Below, piece by piece: positions 21,701 through 34,585 of a stretch of 64,000 nt of DNA. How positions within the stretch are numbered: the first letter of the stretch is position 1; each line of letters begins with the position of its first letter. The notes beneath the pieces are model-generated. The model made no database searches, was not told where the DNA came from, and saw only the letters and a program-made list of their open reading frames with translations. Origin of the DNA: Torpedo marmorata. Its lineage: Eukaryota. The translations under genes and the position numbers were made by a program. The stretch is from assembly GCA_977017645.1 (NCBI GenBank), contig OZ360247.1, positions 15,996,001 to 16,060,000 on the forward strand, written 5' to 3'.

Positions 21701-23423
21701 GCCGGAAAACATTTTACCCTGCTGACGGACCAGCGCTCCGTCGCATTCATGTTTAACAGCCAGCAGCGGGGTAAAATCAAGAATGATAAAATCATGAGGT
21801 GGAGAATAGAACTCTCCACCTACAATTACGACATCCTTTACCGGCCCGGGAAGCTCAACGAGCCCTCCGATGCTCTATCCCGGGGATCGTGCGCCAGCGC
21901 GCAGATCGACCGACTATACTCCCTACACAACGACCTCTGCCACCCAGGAGTCACCAGGCTGTTCCACTTCATCAAAGCACGGAACCTGCCTTACTCCCTG
22001 GAAGAGGTCAGAACCATGACCAGCAGCTGCCGAGTCTGTGCGGAGTGCAAACCGCAGTACTACCGCCCCGACAGAGCACAGCTGGTCAAGGCCACCCGCC
22101 CGTTCGAACGTCTCAGTATAGACTTCAAGGGCCCCCTTCCCTCCACGAACCGCAACGTGTACTTCCTTAATATCATCGATGAGTACTCGCGGTTCCCCTT
22201 TGCCATCCCCTGCCCTGATACCTCGGCGGCTTCGGCTATCAAAGCCCTCCGCCAGGTATTCACCTTGTTCGGGTTCCCCAGCTACGTCCATAGCGATCGA
22301 GGATCCGCGTTCATGAGCGAGGAGCTGCGGCAGTACTTGCAGACCCGAGGCATCGCCACCAGTAGGACCACGGGGTACAACCCGCGGGGGAACGGACAGG
22401 TGGAGAGGGAGAACGCCACTGTATGGACAGCTACACTACTGGCCCTGAAATCAAAAGGGTGGCCAGTGGCCCGCTGGCAGGAGGTTCTCCCGGACGCCCT
22501 CCACTCTATACGATCCCTCTTATGTACCGCCACTAACGCTACCCCTCACGAACGTCTCTTTTCCTTCCCCAGAAAATCGACCACCGGAACTACCCTCCCT
22601 GCCTGGCTGACGTCCCCGGGACCGGTGCTACTCCGCAAACATCTTCGGAATAGCAAGTACGAGCCCTTGGTCGAGAGGGTGCAGCTGATCCACGCGAACC
22701 CGCAGTACGCATTCGTGGTTTTCCCCGACGGGCGGGAAGACACGGTGTCAATACGGGACCTGGCGCCTGCAGGAGCGTCAGAAGAGGTCCCCGACAGCGG
22801 GAACGCCGGGTCACAGCTGCCCCCTCCGCCCCATTCGCCTCCCAGCACGGCGGGTACAACGCCCCAGCCGGAGCTGGAAGAGCCACAAGCCAGGCAGGAG
22901 GCAAACCTGACCCAGACCCACCCTACCCTCATTCCACAACCACAACCATCACCGCAGGTATTATGTGCCCCCGTTCCACAACCACAACCATCACCACGGG
23001 TATTGCGCAGGTCACAGCGGCGAACCCGGCCGCCGGATAGACTCAATCTGTAGATGTGATGGTGACTATGTAAATAATCTGTGTTTATTTGTGTGATCTT
23101 TAATTACGGTATCCACTTCACCCCCCCCCCCCCCGTCGGACTTGTTCTAAAAGAAGGGGTGTATGTGGTAAACCACTATAGTATGTATATATGTATTGTG
23201 GGCTGGGGCAAGTCTGACCATGACCTGTCTGTCTGTCCCGGTGACTCCTCCCCCTTTCCCCTGGAATAAAGGCCTTGAGCCATTGACTCCACCCACAGTT
23301 CCGGGACAGTCCAGCAGGGATCACCAGGTCAAGTGTAGCTTAGCCCTGGCCTGATTTCTGGTATTAAAAGCCTATTGATTTCCTGCACTTCCTGACTCGC
23401 GCTAGTCATTGATAGGTACATCA
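18780..23423 (+). mobile_element. Very young, full-length Ty3/Gypsy LTR retrotransposon (Mag-like gag)
   Basis: 260-bp LTRs at 18780-19039 and 23164-23423 (TG...CA; I see one mismatch). 5-bp TSD CTTAT. PPT aaaagaaggggtgta precedes the 3' LTR. Confidence 0.95.
19064..23053 (+). pseudogene. Single-frame gag-pol polyprotein with one in-frame TAA (20846-20848) early in RT
   Basis: ORFs 19025-20848 and 20882-23053 are in the same frame. Motifs: two zinc knuckles, LFDTGS, YLDD, ESDASD, HNDLCH..CRVC, IDFKGP, SDRG and NGQVER. The junction reads FT*LDAYPLP. Confidence 0.92.
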
Positions 23424-23639
23424 CTTATCATATCCAATTGACACCTTTTGACTGTTGGTCTGTACTCCTCCCCCTCCCCCCTTTCCTCCCCCTTCTTTCC
23501 CCAGCCTTTAATTCTGACGTCTGCCTTTTTTCACTCATAACTTGATGAAGGGCTCAGGCCCGAAATGTCGGTAATATATCTTTACATCCTGTGGATGCTG
23601 CGAGACCAGCTGAGTTCCTCCAGCACTTCTCTGCAGCAC

Positions 23640-26600
23640 GCGAAAAAGTTCGGTGTAAAAGCCAGTGAAAATGAAGGCATAGTCGTAGCCACAGTGCCTG
23701 GACACACACACAAACAAAATATGAGATATAGGAAACAACAAAAAGATGGAGAGACATTCAATTATAAACGCTGTGGCACTAAACATGCACCCAAACAATG
23801 CCCAGCTTATGGGAAAGTCTGTAATAAGTGCAAAGGGCAGAATCACTATGCAAAGCAATGTTTTTCCAAAGGGAAACAAGACAGAAGTAAATGTGTACAC
23901 ACTATAGAAGAAACTGCTCTAAGTGATACACTTTTCGTGGGCATGGTAGTGCAGGAAGTGAACAGTGTCGAGCAGGATAACTGGACTGTGCCATTGCATA
24001 CAAATGGAACAAATATTCCTTTCAAGCTGGACACAGGGGCAATGGTCAATTTGATCTGTGAGCGCGACATCAGGGCAATGAAGATAAAGCCATACATCCA
24101 TGCAAATCCTGTACTGCTCAAAGCCTACAATGGACAGAGCATCGACACGAAAGGTACATGTTAACTCAAGGTGAAAGTTAAAGATAAAGAGCACCACCTC
24201 AGGTTCACAGTAGAAACAGATGGACATTATTCACTAGTAAAACACGAAAATCTGTAGACACCGTGGTTGAAGTAAAAAACACAAATGCTGGAGAAACTCA
24301 GCAGGTCAAACAGTGTCTTTTATGTAGCAAAGGTAGAAATACATAACCAACGTTTCGGGCTTGAGCCCTTCATCAAAGTATGAGAAAATGCTGGCAGGCG
24401 TCCGAACAAAAGAGTGAGGGGGGAAGGGGGGTGGCAAAGGCAGGAGATGATAGGTGGAGAAAGGAGGGAGGGGACAGCAGCAATGAGGGACATTATTCAC
24501 TGCTTGGTGACAAAACATGTGAAAACTTAAGCCTAGTCAAGAGGGTGTACCACATTAACAGTGATATTGCACGGAACAGCGTAGAGGAAATACTGGATCA
24601 ATTTCCAGACATCTTCAAGGGGCTTGGAGTTCTACCATTCACCTATAAGATACAGTTAAAGGAGGACGCACAGCCAGTAGTGCATGCCCCGAGGCGGGTT
24701 CCAGCTCCATTAAAAAAAAAGCTCAAGCAGGAACTCGACCGAATGACGGCACTAGGGGTCATAAAGAAAGTGGAGGAGCCCACAGAATGGGTGAATTCAA
24801 TGGTGTGTGTCAAAAAGAAGAACGGTGACCTATGTGTGTGCATGGACCCAAAAGACTTGAATGCCAATATAAAGAGGGAACATTTATCAGATTCCAACCA
24901 GGGATGAAATTACAAGTGAGATGGCTGGTGCAAAGTTTTTCACTAAATTAGATGCATCCCAGGGCTTCTGGCAAATAAAACTGCATGATGATAGCACAAA
25001 ATACTGTACATTTAATACACCGTTTGGCCGATACTCCTGTCTGAGGATGCCTTTTGGAATTTCCTCAGCTCCGGAAGTGTTCCACAGGACAACGGAGCAC
25101 ATCATAGAAGGCATAAATGGGGTACATGTGTACATGGATGACATGATCCTATGGGGATCCACACAGCAACAACACAACGAGAGACTCATCAAAGTGCTAC
25201 AACGCATCCAGAAGTATGGATTAAAGTTAAACAGAGAAAAATCTCAGTTTGGTGTGAAGGAAATCACCTTTCTGGGAGCTAAACTGTCAGAGGCAGGTGT
25301 GGAGCCAGACAAGAGCAAGGTGAAAGAAATTTTAGAGATGCCCAGACCCACTGACAAAAAAGGCATATTGAGAGTGCTGGGAATGATCAATTTCATTGGT
25401 AAATTCATACCAAACCTGTCTTCCAAAACAATGTACCTAAGGAAGTTGTTACAGGACAAATGTGAATTCAAGTGGACAGACAACCACGAGGAAGAATGGG
25501 GACGACTGAAGACCATTCTAACTACAGAACCAGTGCTTTTGACGTTCTTTGACACATCCAGAAGGACGAAAATATCTACGGACGCCTCAAAAGATGGAAT
25601 AGGTGCCGTACTACTTCAGGCTGTGAGAGAAGATTGGAGGCCAGTAGCATACGCATCAAGGACGATGACAACATCTGAATGTCGATATGCACAGATCGAG
25701 AAAGAGTGTCTAGGTCTGGTCTATGGACTTGAGAAATTTCACAGTTATGTGTATGGTCTACCAACCTTCATGGCAGAGACAGACCACAAGCCATTGATAG
25801 TGATAATCAAGAAAAATCTCAGTGAAATGACACCGAGAATCCAAAGACTGATGATGAAGCAACAACATTATGACTGAATTGGTGTACACACCAGGGAAAC
25901 TTATTATGTTAGCTGATGCGTCATCCAGGGCAATGACGCGGAGTGAAGCATACAATGAGAGTTTCACGTGAACCTGATCACTGAATCTCTTCCAGTATCT
26001 GACATGAAATCCAAGCAGATCACATCTGAAACAGAAAAGGACACAGTTCTACAGAAGGTCATCAAGAATCTGAATGAAGGAGGGCCCAGAGGTGAATGTC
26101 AGCCATACTACAACATCAGAGCTGAGCTGAGTGTTATCAGTGGGCTTCTACTCAGACAGAGCAGAATTATCATTCCTCAATCACTGCGACAAGAGATGCT
26201 GAAAAGGGTGCATGAGGGGCACCTTGGAATGGAAAAATGCAAGAGAAGGGCCAGAACTGCTGTTTATTGGCCAGGGATAAACGCTGACATTGACAGGATG
26301 GTTTCCAGCTGTGAGATCTGTTTGAAACATCACACAAAGCAGGCAAAGGAACCCATGATAATAACTGACACCAGCAGAACCATGGCAGAAAGTTGGGACT
26401 GATCTGTTCCACATGGTCGGAAATAATTACTTGCTGGTTATTGATTATCTATCGAACTATCCGGAGATAGCGCTGCTTCCAAGCATGTCTGCTGCTTGTG
26501 TGATCAAATATATGAAATCAATCTTTGCAAGACATGGAATTCCTCAAATTGTCTACAGTGACAATGGACCATGCTACAGCTGTAGAGAATTCCAGAACTT

Positions 26601-27180
26601 TGCAGAAGAGTATGATTTTCGACATGTGACTTCAAGTCCTCTGCTTCCACAGTCAAACGGTAAAGCAGAGAAAGGAGTTCACATAGTTAAACAGTTGCTC
26701 AAGAAAGCACTAGACAGTTGCTCAGATCCTTATCTAGCTCTATTGAGTTACAGAGCTTCGCCACTTGAACATGGCATGTCACCCGCTGAGCTTCTGATGG
26801 GACGTAGACTACGCACCACACTTCCCTACTCTGCAGACCCAAACAAGAACAGAGATGTCGAACGGAAACAAAAGCATCTGCAATGGAGACAAAAAGCAAA
26901 CTATGACAAGTCAGCAAGAAGCTTAGGGCCACTGGCACAACATGACGCAGTGAGACTCAGAGATTCCAACACTTGAGACAAAAAGGCTACTGTTCTGGAG
27001 GAAGTAAATCCAAGATCCTACACTGTCAGAACAGAGGATGGTCAAATACTGAGGAGGAATCGAAAGAGCCTTCTGAAAACGCAAGAGATACTGCAGGAAC
27101 AGACAAATGCAGAAGATTCACCCTGCTCAGCAACAGAGGAAACACCACCAGTGCTAGACAGTAGTGGACCAGCAGAGCCG
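23640..27180 (+). mobile_element. LTR-less, degenerate Ty3/Gypsy internal region (Mag-like gag end and pol)
   Basis: CPAYGKVCNKCKGQNHYAKQC, FKLDTGA, TKLDASQGFWQ, MPFGISSAPEVFHR, YMDD, TDASKDG, TDHKPL, HEGHLG..CEIC, SDNGP and NGKAEKGV, with several stops and frameshifts. Confidence 0.88.
24236..24487 (-). mobile_element. Short Penelope-terminus insertion in the Gypsy protease region
   Basis: Flanked by the 14-bp direct repeat GGACATTATTCACT (24222-24235, 24488-24501). Contains the reverse of TTGATGAAGGGCTCAAGCCCGAAACGTT. Confidence 0.75.
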
Positions 27181-28771
27181 ACACAATTGATCAATTGTCC
27201 TGGGCTTGGGCGAATGATAGTGCTGCAGAGACTAGAAGGGCTGAAGGATCTGTTTCTGTGCTGTAATGTTCTATGGTTCTATGGAATAGTGAATGTGCCT
27301 GCAAACTGGATGTCTGTGAGTTTCTTGTTGCCGCCAAGAAAGAGAGGTGGGCTTAATTCTGTGGCTAAGTGCAACATTAGCCTGCCCACGGTTTTTGTAA
27401 AATGTAATGCATTTCACTATGCATGTAACATGGCAGCCACAAGGGTTTATTGCAATGAAGTCAATCACTGTCTCATTCTTCCTTTCACCACTACCCCTAT
27501 CCTAACCATAACATGACTTCAAGAACACCAAAGTTCTGTCTGCATGACTGACTCAGCACATTTTTGCACTACAACCAACTGTGAATATTTATCATTATGT
27601 ATTCCCCACCACCCTCCCTTTTATATTTTTTTCTCTTTTTTTTCTCTTGTGTGTTGTTCTGTGTTGTATATTTTATGTATATGTGTGGCTGCCCCAAGAA
27701 TTTCACTGCATCTGTATATTGTCCTTGCGTGTACGACAATTAACTTCATTCATTCATTCATTCATCCATTTATTCTTTCTGTTTAAGGAGCAGGCCTGCA
27801 TTTGCAGCAGGTCACCTTGGGATTAACTGGGGCTCTCTGGGAAATGTTCCCCCACAGATCCAGGGTAACGTCATGCCTCATGCTCTCATCATCCTGCCCA
27901 AGACCGAGGGTATGGAGATGTTGGTGTGATATGAGGATGAGGGTGTCTATGTCAACACCTATGGCCATATCACCAAGGACATCGTGCTGCAGTGGGGAGA
28001 GATGCCTACATCCGTTGGTAAGGCCGAGACAGCACCTCCTTCTTCTGATTGCTCTCTGCTGTGGAGTGCCAGGAGCTGGGCTAACGTGGCCTCTGTTTGC
28101 TCTCTGCAGCGTACATCCACTTGAGCCGGATCAAGGGCTGGGGAGCAAAGGCCATTGAGATTTGTTCAGTGGAGACCTCTTAAGAGTATGTCAAAGAGTC
28201 TGCCCCTGCATGAGCTAGAGTTGGGAGTACATTTGTGAAGCAAGGACTGGAATCATCACAGATGCTTCTGAAGTCACAGCTAAGGTGCCCTTGATGATCT
28301 CTGGTTACACTCTTCCCACAGGTAGAAACGTTCTCTTTGTATCCACTTTGTCAATACCCACTGTAACTTTAAAGACTTTTATTAAGACATCCCTTTAAAC
28401 TTCTTTTTCTCAAGGGAAGAGAGTCTTTATCCTTTCCTGGTGTGTTCACCCTTGGTAGAGACAGAATCTAAAGAAAACCAAGGCAGTGGAGAAGGAATTA
28501 AAGATAAATCATACAAAGAAGAATCAGTTTTGGCTCAATGTAGTACCCAAATCTGGGAATGTATCACTGTTTTTTCATCGTCACTGGATCTAAATCCTGG
28601 AAACTCTCCTTCACAACATGGACTGCAGTGGTTCAAGAAGGTGGTTTGCCACCATCTCCTCAAGGGCAGTTAGGGTGGTTAATAAATATTAGCCTGTCAG
28701 CAAGGCTCAGATTCTGTGGATGGTCCAAATAAAAAATTATATTACCCCTGCTATTGCAAATCACACTGCAT

Positions 28772-29042
28772 CACACCCCTTTGGTAAACTGTTTTCCCTT
28801 TTACCATCTGGAAGGAGGTACCAAAGCACTCGGGCTCGTACGTCCAGATTGTGCAACAGTTTTTTCCCCCAAGCCATCAGGCTACTCAATTCTTAGATAT
28901 ATATGTGTATTAGCATGTTATAGTTTTTCTATTGTATTATGATATTTATGTACCTGGTCCTGGAGAAATGCTATCTCGTCCTACTGTGTATATGGTAATG
29001 AACGACAAATAAAGGTGACTTGACTTGACTTGACTTGACTTG
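28772..29042 (+). mobile_element. Rex1/Babar 3' end with a (TGACT)n tail
   Basis: Nearly identical to the 3' ends at 15163-15430 and 42305-42590, in the opposite orientation. Confidence 0.8.
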
Positions 29043-30096
29043 TACATATCACAGCTGGATTCCATGTAGCTCACTGTGATTTAGCCAGAAAGCTCCGGTT
29101 CCCAGTTTCAGTCCATGCTGAGCAGATTGCTCCGTGCAATGTCATGGGAGGACTTCCACAAGACTCAATCCAGCAAGGATCGGAAAAAGGAAGATTGGGC
29201 TGAATCCTGACTGCTTACCATTTCCCAGCGATCCTGGCCAGCAGCGTGATTGTGAATGTTGATGGGGATTCTACTGGGAACCCCTGCAGCAAATAGTTTG
29301 CTGATTCTTGACTAAAGAAAAGCCCTTGGCACGCGGGCACAGGAGGCTGCCCAGAGGCCTGACATACTGCATGTGTACCAGAAAGAAAAGATGGAGGAAG
29401 CGAGTAAACTGGAATAAGTGAAAAGTTGTGAATATATATATTAAAAAAATAACCCCAAATCATTTAGCTATGGTGTTGATGTTGAGTTGGCCTGATCTGG
29501 TGACCAGCTGCTTCTAATACAGCACTATGCAAAGTTTATCAGTGGTAATGTGCTTCAGCCAGCTTGCACTCCTGTGGTCTGAACCTCAAACACCAATTCC
29601 AGATTGAAAATTCTTCAGCTCCACTTATTTCTTTACCTATTTTTACGCCCACTGCTGATTAACAGACCCTCTTGTGTTCTCATACTAAGGAAATATGGTA
29701 TAATAAAGACTGACACTAACTATGATATATAACCACATAATTTCCTTTTTTAACCAATACTGCCTATAAATCACGTTAATTGGTTGCATGTGCACCATGT
29801 GCATGGACTTTGGGATCGAGAAATTTAGGAAACTGTGGGAGTCTTGATTTCAAACGATTTTTAAAATTTATTTCATAGTTTAACCAGAGAGCTGGATTAA
29901 ATATAACTCCTGGCCCCACATGCTATAAAATACACACAGCTCCAATATCCAGTTACGTGAAGCTATTGTTTATCTCCTTGCCTTCTATCCAGCTGTGGTT
30001 CAGTAGTTAGACTGGAGGTTTTGAGTTCATCTCCCACTTCAGAGATTTGAAAGTGAATATCAACGTTATTGCTTCAGTGCAGTGGAGGCAGGGAGA

Positions 30097-30590
30097 TGTA
30101 CAGTACAGAAACAGACCCTTTGGCTCACTGAGAGTGTGCTGACCATCAAACACACCATTTACATCAATCCCATTTTATTCTCACATTCTCATTGACTCCC
30201 CACATATTCTACCATACACCTACACACTAGAAACATTTTACTTCGGTGACTTAACCTACCTATCATCTTTCCTCTCTCCTGGCTTCCTCTCCATATCCAA
30301 TTAACACCTTTAGTCTGTTGGTCTGTACTCCTCCCCCTGCCCTTTCTCTTATTTCAGGAGCCTGCCTGCTTTTTACTCGTACCTTGAAGAAGGGCTCAGG
30401 CCCGAAATGTCGGTTATATATCTTTACCTCCTATGGACACTGGGAGACCTCCTGAGTTCCTCCAGCATTTCTGTGTTTTTATCTACCCACCCATGCATCC
30501 TTGGGGTGTGGGAAGAAACTGGAGCATCTAGAGGAAGCCCACGTGGTCACAGGGAGAACATGAAAACTCCTCGTAGACAGTGCAGGAGGG
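30097..30590 (-). mobile_element. V-SINE-like copy interrupted by a Penelope terminus (~30265-30480, plus strand)
   Basis: SINE tail at 30100-30170 and V-domain at 30490-30585 flank a pyrimidine tract and the ttgaagaagggctcaggcccgaaa motif. Confidence 0.55.
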
Positions 30591-31131
30591 CAGAAATCTA
30601 TTGAAATAGAAACAGTTAAGACGGTCTCAGGGACAATGGCCTTAGACAGGCTATGCTCACTGAAGCCACTGAGGCAATGCTGGGGTGGGAGACCTCAGGA
30701 TCTGCCACTTGAGACCCAGACACTGATGGAAGCCACTGAGCCTCGCAGGACAGCCACAGCAGGAAGGCCTGAAGGTTGTTGACAGTCATAGGGCTCCAAT
30801 GGTGTGTCTGTGGGGTTAGCAGTGGATGGGACAGTATTCTGGGGTATGGAGTGGGTCAAGCATAATGCAGCTTCTAGTGACTCCTTTATATTTAAGGAAC
30901 CTGGGGTTTAGCTCCTCACAGACGAGGTCATTTTTTTCAAAGATCAGTGAATTGAGGATAATGGCACAGAGAAGGAATTGAGGATTGGGCAGGTCAGCCA
31001 AGATTGTAATGCGATGTGAGTTTATTGTCATATACACAAGTACAATGTACAGATGCACCAAAATTCTAACTTGCTGCAGCCACACAGGTACAAAAGATGC
31101 ATTAGCTACAATAGTGTAATAGTACAATACC

Positions 31132-31936
31132 ATGGTGGTGCTGCCGGAGCCACTGTAATGGCAGCACTGCCGCTGGTGCAGACCTGCGGGGAGCGAGGAG
31201 CGGAGATACAGTGCTCCCGCGGGGTCCAACCGCCCAGTCAACTGCCGTCAGCTCCGCACAGGCTTTGAACGGCCTGTTAAAGGAGCCGGCGGTAGTTTTA
31301 TTTAAAATCCCGTGACCGCGGGGTCTGCGCCCAAGATGGCAGCGCCTCTGATTGGCAGCAGCCACGAGTCGCAGACTCCAGGGGAGCGGAGGACTGGCGC
31401 AGGGCACAAGAAAACGGGGAGACCATCCCCCGTCTGAGAAGGAGAAGCAGAGGAGACGACCCATGGGACGGTGACCACGGCGGCGGACCAGTGAGGGGGC
31501 TCTGCGGCTGAAAGACCAATATATGCGGCGGGCTGCTGGCGACTCGAGGAGAGGAACCCACGGAGGCTGCAGACTGCTGGAGACTGGCTCGAACTGGCTG
31601 AAGGGGTACCAGGTATCGGAACTGGGATGCGAGGGGTGCCAAAGGCGCTGAAGGGTTCCTGACTGTGTCGGAGGTTCGGATCTGGAGCTCGGGTTGCCAA
31701 TGGTTTGGACTGGACTCTGTGTGGCTGCGGAGGCTGCGGAAGCGCTGGAGATGAATCTACAGACACTGGGTGACTCTGGGAGGACTCTCTTTTGCTTCTC
31801 TTTCTCTGACTGTAAGAGGCGCTTCAGGCAATTTCTGCCGATGGCGAATCTGTCTGCCTTACAGTAGGCAAAAGGAATTTCATGTAATATGACACTGTTT
31901 TATTGCATGACAATAAATTGAATCTTGAATCTTGAA
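31132..31936 (+). mobile_element. GC-rich non-coding retroposon with a Rex-like tail, copy 1
   Basis: Collinear with 55040-55860 (inverted). Ends caataaattgaatcttgaatcttgaa. Sits inside a minus-strand Rex 3' fragment (~31015-32265). Confidence 0.75.
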
Positions 31937-33231
31937 CTAAATTACCACAATATGCCAAGGGAGAGAAAGAGATAAACATAAAAGTAGAGTTAAATACATA
32001 TTCACAGTTTTATTTAGTACAAGAAAAAAAGTGATGTTTCAACAGTGCAGATTGATCTTTTGGTCATCCCGGAGTCATTTATGGTTGGGGTTAGGGAGTG
32101 CAGGGAGGTTCAAGAGCTGTTGGGAAAAACTGTTCTTGAACCCCGAGATGCTGGTCTTCAGGTTTCGGTACCTTCTGCCTGAAGGGATCAGTGAGAAAAG
32201 GTTGTGACTCGGGTAATGGGGGTCCTTTATGACGTTGGCTGCCTTCTTGAGGTAGCGCCTCACATATTGAATGGCGAGGTGGGCTTAAGGGGCTGGGTGG
32301 CCCACTCCTGCTCCTATCGTACTTGCGTTCTCGTGTTCTGGTTCAATTAGATAATAAAAATTGCAAGTTCAAAACGTTGGCAAACCGTTTCTAAAAACAC
32401 AAGTAAATCGTATTCCTTGGACATCACCCATTTATTGTTACAGTTTCCCTCCTCGAAGAATTCCAGTGGATTCATGAGGCGTGACCCACTGCTTTTATAT
32501 CCATGAGACGATCCTTCTGCTTTCTAGATGAATATTGATGGTCTCCCATAAAATGCCTTCGAGCATTTCTGCTACAATTGAACCTACTGGAGCTGGTCTG
32601 TAATTCTCTGATTCATGATTCTTTATTGCATGCGTACCAGTATCAGTAGGATGGAACTTGATGGTTAATATGTGCTGGGAGACCACTGAAGGTCTTGTCC
32701 CTTTACTGATGGTCCTAGATTCAGCTGCTTTGTAAACCCTTTTTTTTTCTAAATTTCCTTCTCATTTCCTGTGGCATTGGTGATGGATGGGACTCAGCTT
32801 CCACCCCTGTCTCTGTTACTAAAGCTCTCACCCTGCCTTTATTTCCTGTCAACTATTCCAACAACTACTTGGCTGGCCTTTCTAGTTCCCCTTTCTGTAA
32901 ACAGAGTCATCCAAATGCCTGCTGTCAGTGTCCTATTTGCATCACCCTTTTCAACATCGCCTGTGGGCTTGCTGACCTGATTAACAATGGCTTGACTTTA
33001 AAATTCTCCCCCTTGTCTTCAGATTTCTGCACCCACAATCCCACTATCTTGACTTGAAAAGTTACGTGTAGTAACCATCTTGTGTGTAATAAACCATCTT
33101 GAGTTCTCCCAGCAGATTTTTTTTTTGCTCCAGGTTCCTGCATCTGCAGTTGCCGTGTCTCCCTGTCTATCTCTGCTGTCAATTGAAGCTGCCGACCTCC
33201 ACTGAGTCCATCTTCACTTCCTCTCCATCTT

Positions 33232-34256
33232 CACTCAGTGACTAGTGGGGTACCGCAAGGATCGGTGCTGGGACCGCAGCTGTTTACAATATACATCAAT
33301 GATTTAGATGAAGGGATTAAAAGTAACATTAGCAAATTTGCAGATGACCCGAAGCTGGGTGGCAGTGTGAAATGTGGGGAGGATGTTATGAGAATGCAGG
33401 GTGACTTGGACAGGTTGGGTGAGTGGGCAGATGCATGGCAGATGTGGTTTAATGTGGATAAATGTGAGGTTATCCACTTTGGTGGCAAGAACAGGGAGGC
33501 GGATTACTATCTGAATGGTGTCAAGTTAGGAAAAGGGCAAGTATAACGAGATCTAGGTGTCCTTGTTCATCAGTCACTGAAAGTAAGCATGCAGGTACAG
33601 CAGGCAGTGAAGAAAGCTAATGGCATGTTGGCCTTCATAACAAGGGGAGTTGAGTATAAGAGCAAAGAGGTCCTTCTGCAGTTGTACAGGGCCCTGGTGA
33701 GACCACACCTGGAATATTGTGTGCAGTTTTGGTCTCCAGGTTTGAGGAAGGATATTCTTGCTATTGAGGGAGTACAGCGTAGGTTCACGAGGTTAATTCC
33801 CAGGATGGCGGGACTGTCATATGATGAAAGATTGGAGCGAGTGGGCTTGTATACACTGGAATTTAGAAGGATGAGAGGGGATCTGATTGAAACATATAAG
33901 ATTATTAAAGGATTGGACACACTAGAGGCAGGAAACATGTTCCCGATGTTGGGGGAGTCGAGAACCAGAGGCCACAGTTTAAGAATAAGGGCTAGGCCAT
34001 TTAGAACGGAGTTGAGGAAAAACTTTTTCACCCAGAGAGTTGTGGATCTGTGGAATGCTCTGCCTCAGAAGGCAGTGGAGGCCAATTCTCTGGATGCTTT
34101 CAAGAAAGAGTTAGATAGAGCTCTTAAAGATAGGGATATGGGGAGAAGGCAGGAACAGGGTACTGATAGTGGATGATCAGCCATGATCACAGTGAATGGC
34201 GGTGCTGGCTCGAAGGGCTGAATGGCCTACTCTTGCACCTATTGTCTATTGTCTAT
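33232..34256 (+). mobile_element. CR1 LINE 3' fragment (late RT, C-terminus, 3' UTR)
   Basis: SGVPQGSVLGPQLFTIYINDLD..SKFADD, LVRPHLEYCVQFWSP and RRMRGDLIETYKI. Tail (CTATTGT)n. Confidence 0.92.
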
Positions 34257-34585
34257 TCACTCTCTCTTCTTCCCCCTCCTTTTGGGCAGAAGATACATGA
34301 GTTGGAACATGTGCACCTCCAGATTCAAGCACAGTTTTTTTTTTCCTTTTGTTATCTATCAAACTCTTAAATGAACCTTCCATTAGTATAAGATGATGCC
34401 TTTTGCTGTTTAACTGTACTTTTCTTTTCAACTCTATGCTCTGCTCTTCTATAATAACATGATATTTTTATTCATGCACCACATGCTGTACTGTGTACAG
34501 GTTGACCTGCAATACAAAGTTTTTCACTGTATCTCAGCACACGTGACAATAAACAATTCAATTCAATATCTCTGATCATCATAAG

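Larger units (their letters stand above)
18335..23635 (+). mobile_element. Penelope-like element 3' fragment (GIY-YIG end and terminal repeat), split by a Gypsy insertion
   Basis: HKLEEQHLIFRLCTLQIHGINID resembles the GIY-YIG C-terminus, followed by a pyrimidine tract. After the Gypsy (23424-23635) comes the ttgatgaagggctcaggcccgaaa...gagttcctccagca terminus. Confidence 0.65.

Noticed and set aside
29219-29366. Candidate minus-strand exon (cag| ... |gtaagc) with one open frame
   Set aside because: The peptide is unrecognisable and there are no partner exons.
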